IMG/VR virus record: IMGVR_UViG_3300042385_000739
Span: 1 to 64,000 of that record
Length of the DNA stretch: 64,000 bases
Direction: 5' to 3' (one strand)
DNA from: an uncultured virus (IMG/VR IMGVR_UViG_3300042385_000739)
Taxonomy: Duplodnaviria > Heunggongvirae > Uroviricota > Caudoviricetes
Shown here: piece after piece, positions 17,721-31,500 of the stretch
How the letters are laid out: every line of letters begins with the position of its first letter
Position numbering within the stretch: the stretch's first letter is position 1
Translations under genes and position numbers: made by a program
The notes under the pieces: model-generated
Databases searched by the model: none
Seen by the model: only the letters and a program-made list of their open reading frames with translations
Told to the model about the DNA's origin: nothing

Positions 17721-19425
17721 CTAATGCCCGTTTAAATTCACTGTAGTCAATACGACCAGGTTTGTGTACTTGAATTAACATTCTAGTTGATAATGCTACA
17801 TTATTCAAGTGATTTAGGGCATGAGTAAGTTCTTCTTGCGTTATTTTGCCATTAGATAGACGTTGTTGATATGGATCAGTATACTCAAACTGAGTATCAC
17901 ATACTTCGATATCAATATCTTCTTCAAATGCTAGTAATGAATCACTTTCACCTTTATTTGCTTTTTCAAACATATGACGTTTGTTAAACAAGTTAAACAT
18001 AGCAACAGTAATCAATCGTTTATGTGTTGGGTCATCTAATGCAGTATCACAGCGCCAATGTGGAGTTTGTATTTCCCAAACAGCACCATTCTCACTTACA
18101 CGATATAGTTCTTTAATAACATCAATGAAGTCTCTACCAGTTTCTCCTAGATGTTCTAATATATCTTTAGCTACAACGTGTGAGTATTCGTTGTCTTTCC
18201 ATGGCCAAGGTAGAACACTTAAATCAACCTGTTCATCGGCATCAATGAATGGTGATTTATCAACGTTAACAAATCCATCAAATTTCTTAAAGCCACAACC
18301 CAAGTTAAGTTTCTTAGTGACACGATCCTCATTTGGTTGATCGATATGTTTTAAGTTGAAACGTGCTTCTAGTGCAGTGTAAAGACTTTGGAATGTTGGG
18401 TCCCATTTCTTTGGATCTGTTTGTCTAAAGATTTGTACACATTTGTAGTATGGGCTTGTGTTAGCATCAGGTGAGCCTGGTGTCCACGTATGATACGGGA
18501 GTATAGGAACGATGACCCATGTTTCTTTACCCATTGCGGCTGCTAAGTGTGCTACACTTGTACAAGATGAGATAACGATATCCATATTAGCAATAGCTGC
18601 CATTGTATCTTCCCAGCTTAACAAGAAGTGTTGCAAGTCAGTTACATTTTCAGGTAGTTGAATAATGTTATGATCCTTTTGCAAACTATATACCTGTAGT
18701 TCATCATATTTTGCTAAGTTAGTGATAAAGTTCTCTGGAAACTTTCTAAATTGTTGATGTTCAAATTTAGGATTGCCTGCCCAACGAATACCAACTTTAA
18801 TTTTTTCGCTGTTGACGAATGTTTTCCAAATTTCAATACTATCAGCTTTAGCAGTTAGATAAGGATCGTTTGGAAAGTTTGAGAATTCGTGACCAGCTAC
18901 CCATCCGGCACTAAATCCAGGAACCCAATAATCATGAGGTACAGTATGTGATTGATTTCGTAGTATAACTTTATCTACACCTTCAATACGTTCAAATACT
19001 GATACTAGTTCAGGTGCACAAGCGATGTATACTGATTTTGCACCTTGTTTTTTAAAGCTAGTAGCAAAACGTGCGTGAATGATTTCATCTCCGTACCCAC
19101 CTTCTAGTGATACAATAATAGATTTATCGTTGATAGAATGTTTTTCTGGGTTAAAAATAGGTGCATCTGTTTTAAGAGGAGGGCTACCGTATACATTTAA
19201 GAAGCGACCATTCTCTAATAGTTGACAGCCTTTTCTATAGTCACCGTCTTGAATCATAAACCAACCACGGTTAAAGCAATGACGCATCCAAATATCTTCT
19301 GTATTTTGTCCTTTAGCGTCTACTATTTTTTCAGGGCCTATGTTTTCTAATTTATCTGATAATATTCTGGCTTCTAGATGTTTACCTTCTAATTGAAGCT
19401 TGAGCATCATATCTATTTCGTGCAT
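17704..19425 (-). CDS. Fusion of a GT9 (heptosyltransferase)-like GT-B domain and a C-terminal methyltransferase-like domain
   Basis: EGGYGDEI..RF, VGIRWAGNP, D.VISSCTSVAHLAAAMGK.TW, then KLNLGCG...NVD...ILEHL...DPTH. Confidence 0.78.
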   Translation of the reverse strand: MHEIDMMLKLQLEGKHLEARILSDKLENIGPEKIVDAKGQNTEDIWMRHCFNRGWFMIQDGDYRKGCQLLENGRFLNVYGSPPLKTDAPIFNPEKHSINDKSIIVSLEGGYGDEIIHARFATSFKKQGAKSVYIACAPELVSVFERIEGVDKVILRNQSHTVPHDYWVPGFSAGWVAGHEFSNFPNDPYLTAKADSIEIWKTFVNSEKIKVGIRWAGNPKFEHQQFRKFPENFITNLAKYDELQVYSLQKDHNIIQLPENVTDLQHFLLSWEDTMAAIANMDIVISSCTSVAHLAAAMGKETWVIVPILPYHTWTPGSPDANTSPYYKCVQIFRQTDPKKWDPTFQSLYTALEARFNLKHIDQPNEDRVTKKLNLGCGFKKFDGFVNVDKSPFIDADEQVDLSVLPWPWKDNEYSHVVAKDILEHLGETGRDFIDVIKELYRVSENGAVWEIQTPHWRCDTALDDPTHKRLITVAMFNLFNKRHMFEKANKGESDSLLAFEEDIDIEVCDTQFEYTDPYQQRLSNGKITQEELTHALNHLNNVALSTRMLIQVHKPGRIDYSEFKRALDGHKS

Positions 19426-19450
19426 ATTTTCTCCGTTATGTGTTGTGTTG

Positions 19451-19494
19451 GTTTTTTGTATATAAAACTGTAAAGTTATTTATATACAAAAAAC
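19451..19494. repeat. Perfect 16-bp inverted repeat, possible terminator or regulatory hairpin, containing a TATAAATA box
   Basis: gttttttgtatataaa (19451-19466) pairs with tttatatacaaaaaac (19479-19494) across a 12-nt spacer; minus-strand TATAAATA at 19477-19484. Confidence 0.75.
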
Positions 19495-19509
19495 GAAATT
19501 AATTAATTT

Positions 19510-22500
19510 TTACTTAGTAAACCCGAAGTGATTAAAGCCATTTGATACGGTCACTGCAGAGTAACCAACCGACGTAATTGCCGGTATTAATGGGCGATTG
19601 TCGTTGAATCCCCATTCGTATAATACATTGTTAGGATCTATGACAAAAGTACTATTAAAATTCGCAGATACCTGTGTCCAAGATGATGTACCAATTTGTG
19701 TAGGCACACTATACATATTAGGAGGAGTATATGCTTGATTAGTGCCTAATTGAACTGGGCTGGATTTAGAGATCCTATCATTTAGACCAAGTTGACCACT
19801 AGTATTAAGACCCCAAACATAAAGTTTGTTATCATTGCGAGTAGCCATCGATGAATTTATATTGGATCCACCTTTATTTAAATTAGTATATATAGAAGTA
19901 CCAAGTTGTACCGGAGCTGATCTAGATAGAATGTCTAATAATCCTAATTGACCATTAGCATTATTACCCCAAGTAAACAAATAGCCATCACTACGTATAG
20001 CAAATTGACTTGCACCAGTTGTTGAAGTGATAGTCCAAGAATCGGTTGCTGTGGGCAAGAATATTGGACTTAATGCAGATGTTACTGAATTAATTCCCAA
20101 TTCACCATTGGTATTAGTTCCCCAAGTATATAAACCATATAACTGATCTAATCCAATAGTAAATAGACCACCAGCTGAGACCATAGCCCATGAACTTGTA
20201 CCAATTTGTATTGGGCTTGATTTTGAAATTATTGTACTATCCCCTAATTGACCACTAGTACCTAATCCCCATGTAAATAATAAGTTATCGCTACGTACAC
20301 CAGCCATATAGTTTACACCAGAACTAACAGATGTCCAACTAATAGTGCCTAGTTGTACCGGACTACTTCTTAGTATCACATCGTTTGTTCCTAGTTGTCC
20401 GCTAGCATTATTTCCCCAAACATATAATAGTCCATCACTAGTAATGGCTGCTGTTGCAACACTACCGGCTGAAATAATACTCCAGCTATTTGTACCTATT
20501 TGCACAGGACTACTTCTGCTTAATATAGCATTGTCACCTATTTGACCATTAGTACCAAGTCCCCACATAAATAGTGCACCATCACTACGTATTGCACCAC
20601 GTGATGTATTTTTAGAAATACTTGTCCAAACAGTACCAACGCCAATTTGTACTGGACTACTACGAGAGACTGTATCATTTTGTGCTAATTCACCGTTTGT
20701 ATTAATACCCCAAGCCCATAGTTTATTAGTAGCATCAAGAGCCATAAAGTTTGCAAGACCTGTTGATGAAGATACGGTGGTCCAACTACTTGTACCAACT
20801 TGTACTGGACTACTACGATGTACTAAATTATTTGATGCTAGTTGTCCTGATGCGTTATCACCCCAAGTAAACAATCCACCGTCAATACGAATAGCGACGG
20901 TTGATGTAGTAAATAAACCAACAGCAGTCCAAGAGCTTGTGCCAATTTGTACTGGACTGCTACGAGATATTGTATCATTTAGACCTAGTTGTCCACTAGT
21001 ACCTAAACCCCACATAAACAATGCACCGTCACTACGAATGGCAGCACTAGTAGACAGTCCAGTTGATATTGTATTCCAGCTTAAGGCTGCAGGTTTGCTT
21101 GTAGTAGTCAAGTATGTCTGTTGTATCTCTGCACTTGTGAATGAATTTACTTGTACTGGACTAGACCTATTAGCAATGGATCTATCTCCTAATTGTCCAC
21201 TAGCATTACCGCCCCAAACATATAATAAATTATTTGTATTAATTGCAGAAGTTGAGCTTTGTCCAGCACTTACTATATTCCAGCTTGTACCAACTTGAAC
21301 TGGACTACTGCGGGATAATACTGTAGTATCTCCAAGTTGTCCTGTAGTATTAATACCCCAAGTAAACAATCTATTATCAGATGTAATTCCACCCACAAAA
21401 GTTACGCCTGCACTTATTTGTGCCCAACTACTTGCGCCAATTTGTACCGGAGCAGATCGAGATATGATAGTAGTATCACCTATTTGACCACTAGCGTTAA
21501 GACCCCAAGCAAATAACAAGTTATCAATACGTATACCATATGATGTAGTTCCACCTGAGCTTACTGCATTCCATGACTCATTTATTGATCGGATAAATAC
21601 TGGACTACTTCTGGCTCCAAGAGATTCACTTAATCCAAGCTGTCCATTATTATTTTGTCCCCAAATGAAAAGTTGATTATCAGTATAAGTCAACGCCATA
21701 GTTACTCCAGGAGACGTGCCTATACTAACCTGTGACCAACTGCTTGTACCAATTTGTACTGGACTACTACGAGGTAATATTGTATTGTCTCCTAGTTGAC
21801 CATTAGTATTAATACCCCAAGACCAAAGAGTGTTGTCAAGACGTAAGGCAGTGGTTGTAGCAAATCCAGTTGATATAACAGACCAACTGCTTGTACCAAT
21901 TTGTACTGGACTACTACGAGGTAATATTGTATTGTCTCCTAGTTGACCATTAGCATTAATACCCCAAGACCACAGTGTAGAGTTAGTTCGGATAGCCATA
22001 GCATACGACAGTCCGGCTGACACACTAGACCAACTGCTTGTACCTATTTGTACTGGACTACTGCGTGGCACGATAGTAGTTGATCCTAATTGTCCACTAG
22101 TATTATCTCCCCAGGAGAAAAGAGCACCATCCAAACGTATAGCATATACACTTACATCTCCGGCACTAACCTTTGTCCAACTACTTGTACCAACTTGTAC
22201 AGGACTACTACGATGTAGTATAGTGCCATCACCTAATTGTCCGGCGTTATTATTACCCCAAGTAAACAATGCACCATCACTACGTATTGCACCAACACAA
22301 GCCAGAGTACTTACAAGAGTTCCTGTTGCAACACTTCCTGAAACTATAGTCCAGCTACTTGTACCAACTTGTACAGGACTACTGCGATGTACTAAGTCAT
22401 TTTGACCTAATTGTCCTATTGTATTTAATCCCCATGACCACAACGTATTATCATTACGGATTGCATACATTGCATTATTGCCTATTGATATCTGAGACCA

Positions 22501-25500
22501 GCTAGTTGTACCCAATTGTATTGGACTATTTGTATTAACAGTCGAATTTTGTCCTAGCTGTCCAAATGAATTAATTCCCCAAGTAAACAATGCTCCGTCA
22601 CTACGTATTGCCGCTGAACTCCCAATAGACCCACCTGCATTGATTTTGGTCCAACTGAATCCTGTTTTACCGGTAGCAGTTAAGTAAGTACTTTGTAGAG
22701 TGTTATTTGTAAATGAACTAATTTGTACTGGGCTACTCTTGTTAGCCACAAACAGTTGACCAAGTTGTCCACTAGCACCTGCACCCCAACCATATAATAC
22801 GTTGTCTGCGGTTAATGCTAAAGTTGTAAAGTCGGTTCCTGCTGTTATTCCACCTGCACTAACAGTAGTCCAACTACTTGTACCTATTTGAACTGGGCTA
22901 CTACGATGTAATATAGTGTCATCACCCAAATTACCAACTGCGTTATTACCCCAAGTAAATAGTGCACCATCACTACGTATACCTGCAAAATGTCCGGCTG
23001 AGCTAGATAATGCAGTCCAACTATATGCGGTAAACGTATTAGCGGCAGGGTTACCCCAACCATACAATTTGTTATTTGTCTTTATACCTACATTATGGCT
23101 ATAACCTGCACTAATTTTACTCCATGTATCTCCTGTGATTTGTGTAGGCATTGGTTGGTAGCTAGCAATTTGTACTGGACTAGATTTACTTACTACAGTA
23201 TTATCACCAATAGCGCCGTAGCTAGCACCCGAACCCCAACCATAAAACAATAGATTACCATCGAGCACACCGTAACTATTAGTAGATCCAGTACCAATTA
23301 TAGACCAACTACTTAAACTTACTAATGTTGGGCTAGATGTAGCAACAACAGAGTTAATACCTAATTCTCCGCTGCCGTTACCACCCCAAGTATATAGTAA
23401 CTTAGTAGAAGTTAACCCTACCATATGGCTTTGACCAACAGTAATTTGTGACCAGCTACTTGTACCAAGTTGGGTTGCACTACTACGGTGGACTAGATCA
23501 CCTAAACCTAATTGTCCATTAGCATTTTGCCCCCATACAAATAATAAACTATCACTGCGTATTGCAGCCGCAGTGTTTACATTCATTGATACTTGTGACC
23601 AAGACTCATTAGCAGTACGAATGAACACCGGGCTAGTAGATTGTGTAACAGTATTATTGCCTATTGCACCAACAGCATTTTGCCCCCATACAAATAATTG
23701 CCTGCTTGTGTTATCTATAGCTGCCGTATTAATATATAATCCACTAACCTTATACCAAGTACTAGTACCAATTTGTACCGGACTAGATCGGGAGATAGCA
23801 GTACTATCTCCTAATTGACCGTTTGTGTTTAGTCCCCAGCCCCATAATGTATTATCACTACGAATAGCAACTGAGTATTGATTACCTGCGTTAACACTTG
23901 TCCAACTACTAGTACCAATCTGTACTGGACTACTTCTAGGGAGAACATTAGTTAAACCTAAACCACCATTAGTATTAATGCCCCATGACCACAATGTATT
24001 ATTGTTTAGTAGTCCTACCATGTGTGAGTAACCAACTGCTATTTGACTCCAACTACCTGCACCAAGTTTTACAGGACTAGATTTACTTACTACGGTATTA
24101 TCACCTAACTGTCCGTTTGTATTAATTCCCCAAGTGAATAGTCCGCCGTCACTACGCAATGCGGCAGTTATAGCACCATTAGTACTAACCTGTGTCCAAC
24201 TACTTGTACCAACTTGTACAGGACTACTACGAGCTACAAGATCACCTAGTCCTAGTTGACCACTAGCATTAATTCCCCAGGCAAATAAAGCACCACCAAG
24301 TCGTATTGCAGTTACAGTCGATATCCCTGCCGCAACACTTGTCCAACTACTAGTACCAATCTGTACTGGACTACTGCGTGGCAATACATCAGTTGTACCT
24401 AATTGTCCACTAGTATTTAGACCCCACACAAATAATGCTCCATCGTTACGTATAGCATATGTAGAAAAATCTCCCACTGCTACCTGAGTCCAACTGCTTG
24501 TGCCAATTTGTACTGGACTACTACGATGGATGATAGTATTATCTCCTACACCGCCGTTGTTATTAGTTCCCCACGTGAATAATGCTCCATCATTACGTAT
24601 GGCTGCAGTCATACCATTTACACCACCGGAGCTTATTACAGACCAACTAAATGTTGTTGTTCCAGTTGCAGTTAAATAACTATTTTGCTGTGCAAGAGAA
24701 TATATCGATCCTACTTGGGTTGGACTACTTTTATTGACAGTATCATTTAAACCAAGACCACCGATGCCGTTAATACCCCATGTAAATAACAAACCATCAC
24801 TACGTATACCAGCCATAGTTGTAGCTGCCTTACTATTAATTAAAGTCCAACTACTTGTACCAATTTGTACTGGGCTACTTCTACTAAGTATTGTACTATC
24901 CCCTAGTTGACCACTAGTACCTAATCCCCAAGTCCATAAACTACCATCATTACGTATAGCCCCAAGTCCACCTACTTTACTCCAAGTAGTATCGGTACCA
25001 ATTTGAACTGGACTACTGCGGTGGACTAAATCATTTAACCCTAAATATCCGTCAGTGTTGTTACCCCAAGCCCACAATGTACCATCACTGCGTATAGCTG
25101 TAGTCCAAGATGTTTCCGAATTAACCTGTATCCAACTACTAGAACCAACTTGTACTGGACTGCTTCTATGAAATATATCACTCAGTCCTAATTGTCCAGA
25201 TTCGTTAGCTCCCCAAGTCCATAAACTACCGTCACTACGAATACCAGTGAATCGTAAATTTTGTCCAGTCAATATTGACCAAGATGTTGGAGAATTAACC
25301 GGCAATATAAAGTTTGTGGGACTTAATGTTGGATTATATGGCCATTGTTGATATTGTAATCCCCACCCATACAATGTATTATCTGATGCAATAGCAAGTG
25401 AATGTACGTTGCCAGCACTTATTTGTGACCAACTACTAGTACCAAGTTGTACTGGACTACTACGATGTAATCCCTCATTATTTACCTGATATGAACTATT

Positions 25501-28500
25501 ATTACCCCAGGCAAATAATTTATTAGTACTAGAAATAGCAAGCACGTGACTTATACCTGCACTAACTTGTGACCAACTGCTAGCACCTATTTGTGTTGGG
25601 CTATTTGAGTATGGTGTTGCACCAACTTGTACTGGGCTACTACGATGTTCTAACCAACTACCTGATATAGTTGTTGGATTAAATGCTAATCCTAGTGCTC
25701 CATTAGTGTTATTACCCCATATATATGCTATACCAGTAGTTGTGATTGCATTGGTTATTCCTGAACCGGCAGCACTAACACTTGCCCAGTCGCTATTATT
25801 ACCTATTTGAGTAGGATATGATTTACTAGTTGTAGAATTATCACCCAACTGTCCAAAAGTTGTATTAATTCCCCAAGTAAATAGTTTTCCATCGGATCTA
25901 ATAGCTGATGACAAGCTTTGTCCAGCGCCAACGCTAATCCAGGAATCATTCATTGAGCGAATGAATACCGGGCTACTGCGGCTGGTAATTCCTAATATAC
26001 CCAATTCTCCACTAGTACCAAGTCCCCAAGTAAATAATGCGTTACCTGTATCGGCTGCAGTAATACCTAAAATGTTAGTATAGCCAGTTACCATTGTCCA
26101 ACTATTTGCACCAATTTGTACAGGGAATGATTTAGCAACTGTGGTACCATCACCCAATGATCCAGCAGTATTATTTCCCCAAGCAAACAGTAAACCATCA
26201 CTTCGTATTCCTGATAATCCTGCAACAACTGTACCAATTGCAGTCCAAGAATCTGCTACTGAACGAATGAATACTGGGCTGGATCTACCGGCAACAACAC
26301 CATTACCAATAACGCCATCCCCACCTGCAGTAGTTCCCCATGTAAACATTTGCCCATTTGCATCAAGTGCGACTATTGCACTACCTGCATTAACGGTAGT
26401 CCAACTACTTGTACCTGTAGTAAGTGTTGGACTAAAATATGTGTTCACTAGTGAGTTATTACCAAACTGTGCATTAGCTCCACTACCCCACATATATAGT
26501 AAATTACCACTTATACCGGCTGTGACTGTGCCGCCTGCAGTTACTACACTCCAACTACTTGTACCAATTTGTACAGGACTACTACGATGTTGGGTAGAAT
26601 CCGGAGTTCCTAACACACCACTAGTACCTGCACCCCAAGTGAATAATGAACCATCACTGAGAATTGCTACTGTCCATGATAAACCAGATGCTACTGCAGT
26701 CCAACTGCTACTACCAATTTGTACTGGGCTACTACGATTTAGAGCAGTGCCATCACCTAGTTGTCCAAATGTGTTTACTCCCCATGCATATAATGCGCCA
26801 GTAGTACGTATAGCATTACTTCTATTATTTGCAGAATAAACTTTTGACCATGTGTTTTCAGTACCGATTTGTACTGGACTACTACGAGCTACTACTGTGT
26901 TTAATCCCAGTTGACCTACATCATTAGCACCCCAACTCCATAATGTACCATCACTACGAACCGCTAATACTGTACCGCCGGTAGTGTTAAACGGTCCTGT
27001 TGCAACAGCAGTCCAACTACTTGTACCAACTTGTACCGGGCTACTACGATGAGCCTGTGTACCATCACCTACAGTACCTGCAGTGTTAACTCCCCAAGTC
27101 CATAATGTATTATCACTACGTATGGCAGCCGTGAATGATGCTCCTGCTGATACTGTCAACCAGCTATTAGTACCAACTTGTACAGGACTACTACGATGCA
27201 CTATGTCATTTAGACCTAATGCGCCATTGATGTTATTACCCCATGCAAACAATAAGCCGTCATTACGAATAGCAAACATTGTATTATTGGTATTTACCAC
27301 AGTAGACCAACTGTAACCAGTCTTACTTGTCTTTGTCAAATATGCCTGTTGTTCTGCAGGTGAAGAGAACGAAACAATTTGTACAGGGCTATTACGAGCA
27401 ACTACAGTTCTATCCCCTAATGCACCACCTGAACCAGAACCCCACGTGTACAATGTATTGTTAGCCATTATACCTGCTGTTGTACCAGATGCTTGTGTAG
27501 CAACAATATTCCAATTACTTGTACCAAGTTGTACAGGGCTACTGCGTGAAATTGAGTCACCGATGCCAAGCTCACCGGCTGTATTTAATCCCCATGCAAA
27601 TAATTTACTATCAGTTCGTATTGCAAATGTGCTGTTACCATTTGCTGTTACTAATGTCCAGCTGTTACCCGTACCTACTTGTACTGGGCTACTTCTAGCG
27701 ATAATATCGTTTACTCCAAGATTACCAGAACCATTGACTCCCCAACCATATAATTTTCCATCCAACGTAATAGCAAAGGTAGATGTAGCGTTAGTTGTAC
27801 TATTAGATGGTACAACTGACCAACTACTTGTGCCTAGTTGAACTGGGCTACTACGATGTACTAAATCATTTAGACCAAGTTGACCATTAAAATTGCCACC
27901 CCAAACAAATAATAGTCCGTCACTTCTAATAGCGTAAGTATGGCTTATGCCAGCAGCAATACCACTCCAATTACTTGTTCCTATTTGTACCGGACTACTT
28001 CTGTGTAGAATATCATTTAAACCAAGTTGTCCGATACTGTTAGTTCCCCATGCAAATAACTTACTATCGCTACGAATAGCAAATGAAGTAGATGCACCTG
28101 CGGTTACTGTAGTCCAACTCAATGTTCTAGGTTTACCTGTACTAGTTGACCAAGCAATTTCATCAGCTAATGTAATTAGTGATGAAATTATTACAGGTAA
28201 TAAGATTGTTCCTGGAGCATTACCTGTACCCAATTGACCATTATCATTATTGCCCCAACCGTATAAAACATTGTCCATGGTTAAAGCTAATGTATGAGTA
28301 GAGCCGGTGCTTATCATAGTCCAGCTACTTGTACCAACTTGTACTGGACTTGATTTTAGTATGACGGTGTTGTCCCCCAATTGACCAACATCATTATTAC
28401 CCCATGACCATAATGTTTTATCATTACGAATGGCCGCGGTAAATGTATCACCCTGTGCAACTTGGTACCAAGTATTAATAGTTGCATTTACTTGCACTGG

Positions 28501-31500
28501 GCTACTAGTATCTACTACACTGTTAATACCTAATTCACCGACTGTATTACCGCCCCATGCGTATAAATACCCATTACCATTAGTGTAGTCCTGTATTATT
28601 CCCATGCGTCCAGCAACCATAGTCCAACTACTTGAACCAATTTGTACTGGACTAGATTTATTTACAATTGAGTTGTCACCTAATCCACCATACGTATTAT
28701 TACCCCAAGTAAATAAGGCTCCATCACTTCTTATTGCAGAAACAACGTATGCATTTCCAATATCACCAGATTGTCCTGCACTAACCATAATCCAGCTACT
28801 TGTACCAACCTGTACTGGACTACTGCGATGTACTGTGTCATTAAGGCCCAATTGTCCTTGGCTATTAAGTCCCCATGACCACAAATAATTATTAGTGTCA
28901 ATACTAAAAGCATTACCGAAGCCTGCCGCTAGTTGTTTCCAACTACCGGTACCTATTTGTACTGGACTACTTCTATTAATACCATCATTCTCTCCTAACT
29001 CCCCTACGGTATTTTTACCCCATGACCACAATGTTCCATCTAATCGTATACCATAGGACGATGAATCCAATCCTGACACCGCTGAGGTCCAAAGTAAATT
29101 ACCAATCTGTACTGGACTACTACGAGCTACAACAGTATTATCTCCTATTTGTCCTGAATTATTGAAACCCCAAGCCCATAACGTACCATCAATACGTATA
29201 GCGATGGGAGTTAGTCTTCCAGCAGAAACCATATTCCAGCTACTTGTACCAACCTGTACAGGACTACTTCTGAGAAGACCACTAACGTTTGCACCTAATG
29301 CACCTAATGAATTATCAGTTCCCCATGACCAAAGTGATTTGTCACTACTACGTATAGCAAATAAAAATCCTTGTCCAGCACTAACCATAGTCCAACTACT
29401 AGTACCAATCTGCACAGGGCTACTACGATGTATTTGATTATTTGTACCTAATTGACCGTATGTATTACTACCCCAAGACCATAAACTACCATCACTTCTT
29501 ATGCCTGCCGCAGTTTGTGTGCCATCTACTGGCATACTAGATCCTGATAGATATGTCCAACTTAATAAATCTTTACCTAACTGTATTGGTTGGGATCTAT
29601 TTATAACATTATTTTGTCCTAATTGACCACTAGTCCCTAGACCCCAAAGCCAAAGTGTATTATCATTACGTATACCAGCGACATGGTTTGAGTTAAAACT
29701 TCCTTCACCTATACTTGTCCAAGAATCATTCATAGAGCGAATGAATACAGGTGTAGACATAGTTACCATGTTACCGTCACCTATTTGGCCGTCAGTACCA
29801 ATACCCCAAGTATATAATTGACCGGCTGAAGTAATACCCATACCGCCTGATGACCCAGCCGGTACTATAGTCCAACTACTAGTAGTAACTTGTAATGGTA
29901 ATGATTGGTTACCTGGGTTGCCACCTAACGCACCAAATCCATTATATCCCCATCTAAATAACAAACCATCACTACGCACAGCTCCATATTCATCTGTACC
30001 TGAACTTACATAAGTCCATGAATCAAATATACCTGCACGAATAAATACTGGGCTAGAACGTTGCAATATAGTATTATCACCTACACCACCTTGTGTGTTG
30101 CCTGCCCAAGTAAACAACACACCGTTACTATCTATTGCAGTAGCTCCATTAACAAAAGTCCAACTACTACTACCTATTAGTACTGGGCTGTTTTTATTAG
30201 CAGTTGTATTATCACCCAATTCGCCGTTAGTATTTAAACCCCAAGCAAACAATGCACCATCATTACGTATTCCATACATAGTAGATGTCCAACTGTTGAC
30301 ATAATTCCATGTATTAGTTCCAACTTGTACGGGACTGCTACGATGCACTGAACTGGCTGCCCCTAATTGACCAGACCCATTAGCCCCCCAAGTAAACAAT
30401 GCACCATTACTACTTATAGCACCAGTGAATGACCCGCCTAACGCAACCATAGTCCAACTACTTGTGCCTAGTTGAACTGGGCTACTACGAGCTACTGCAT
30501 CATTAAATCCTAACTGCCCCAGTGTATTATCACCCCATATAAATAAAGCACCGTCTGTTCGTATGGCAGCTAAATTTGTACCAAAATTAGTGCCGCTTGC
30601 TACCATAGTCCAACTACTACTACCAACTTGTACCGGACTACTTCGATTTACTGCGTCATTTAGTCCTAATTGGCCTACTGTATTAGCTCCCCAAGCCCAT
30701 AAACCACCGCCACTTTTAATAGCGGCCATCGGTCCTATGGATGATCCGGATGCTAGTTTTATCCAATCAGTATCAGTACCGACCTGTACCGGGCTACTGC
30801 GATGTATTTGATTATTTTGTCCTAATGAACCTTCATCATTACGACCCCATGTCCATAATGTTCCATCTATTTTGATTGCGGCTGCATATGATGTGCCTCC
30901 AGCAATTGCAGCCCAACTACTTGTACCGATTTGCACAGGGCTACTACGATGTACTAAATCATTTAGACCTAATTGTCCTATAGTATTTTGTCCCCATGAA
31001 AATAACAATCCATCACTACGTAATGCCAATCTAGTATTACTACCTGTAGTAAATGTCAAATTGGCTACAGTAGTCCAACTAAGCGGTGTTACTCCTATGG
31101 TAGTTAAATATGTTTGTTGTTGTGCTGATGTTCTAATTGAAGTTATTTGTACTGGACTACTTTTGTTTATCCCCAGTCCTTCACCAAGATAGGTACCTGT
31201 GCCCCAAGAATACAACGCACCATCTGTAGTTATTCCCATTGTGACACTTGTTCCACTAGTGACCATAGTCCAACTACTTGTACCAATTTGTATTGGGCTA
31301 GATTTTGCAACTAATGTGGTGTCACCCAATTGACCATTAGTATTAACACCCCACGTAAATAAGTTACCTGTAGTAGTTATGGCGGCGGTCATGCCAGAAC
31401 CAGCACTGACCATAGTCCAACTACTTGTGCCTAGTTGAACTGGACTACTGCGATGTACACCAACGTCATTGAGACCTAATTGTCCATTAGTGTTATTTCC

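Noticed and set aside
10029..19425. Bacterial LPS locus, i.e. host chromosome contamination
   Set aside because: Same strand and gene packing as the flanking phage genes, with T4-type late boxes inside, and no transporters or core bacterial genes.
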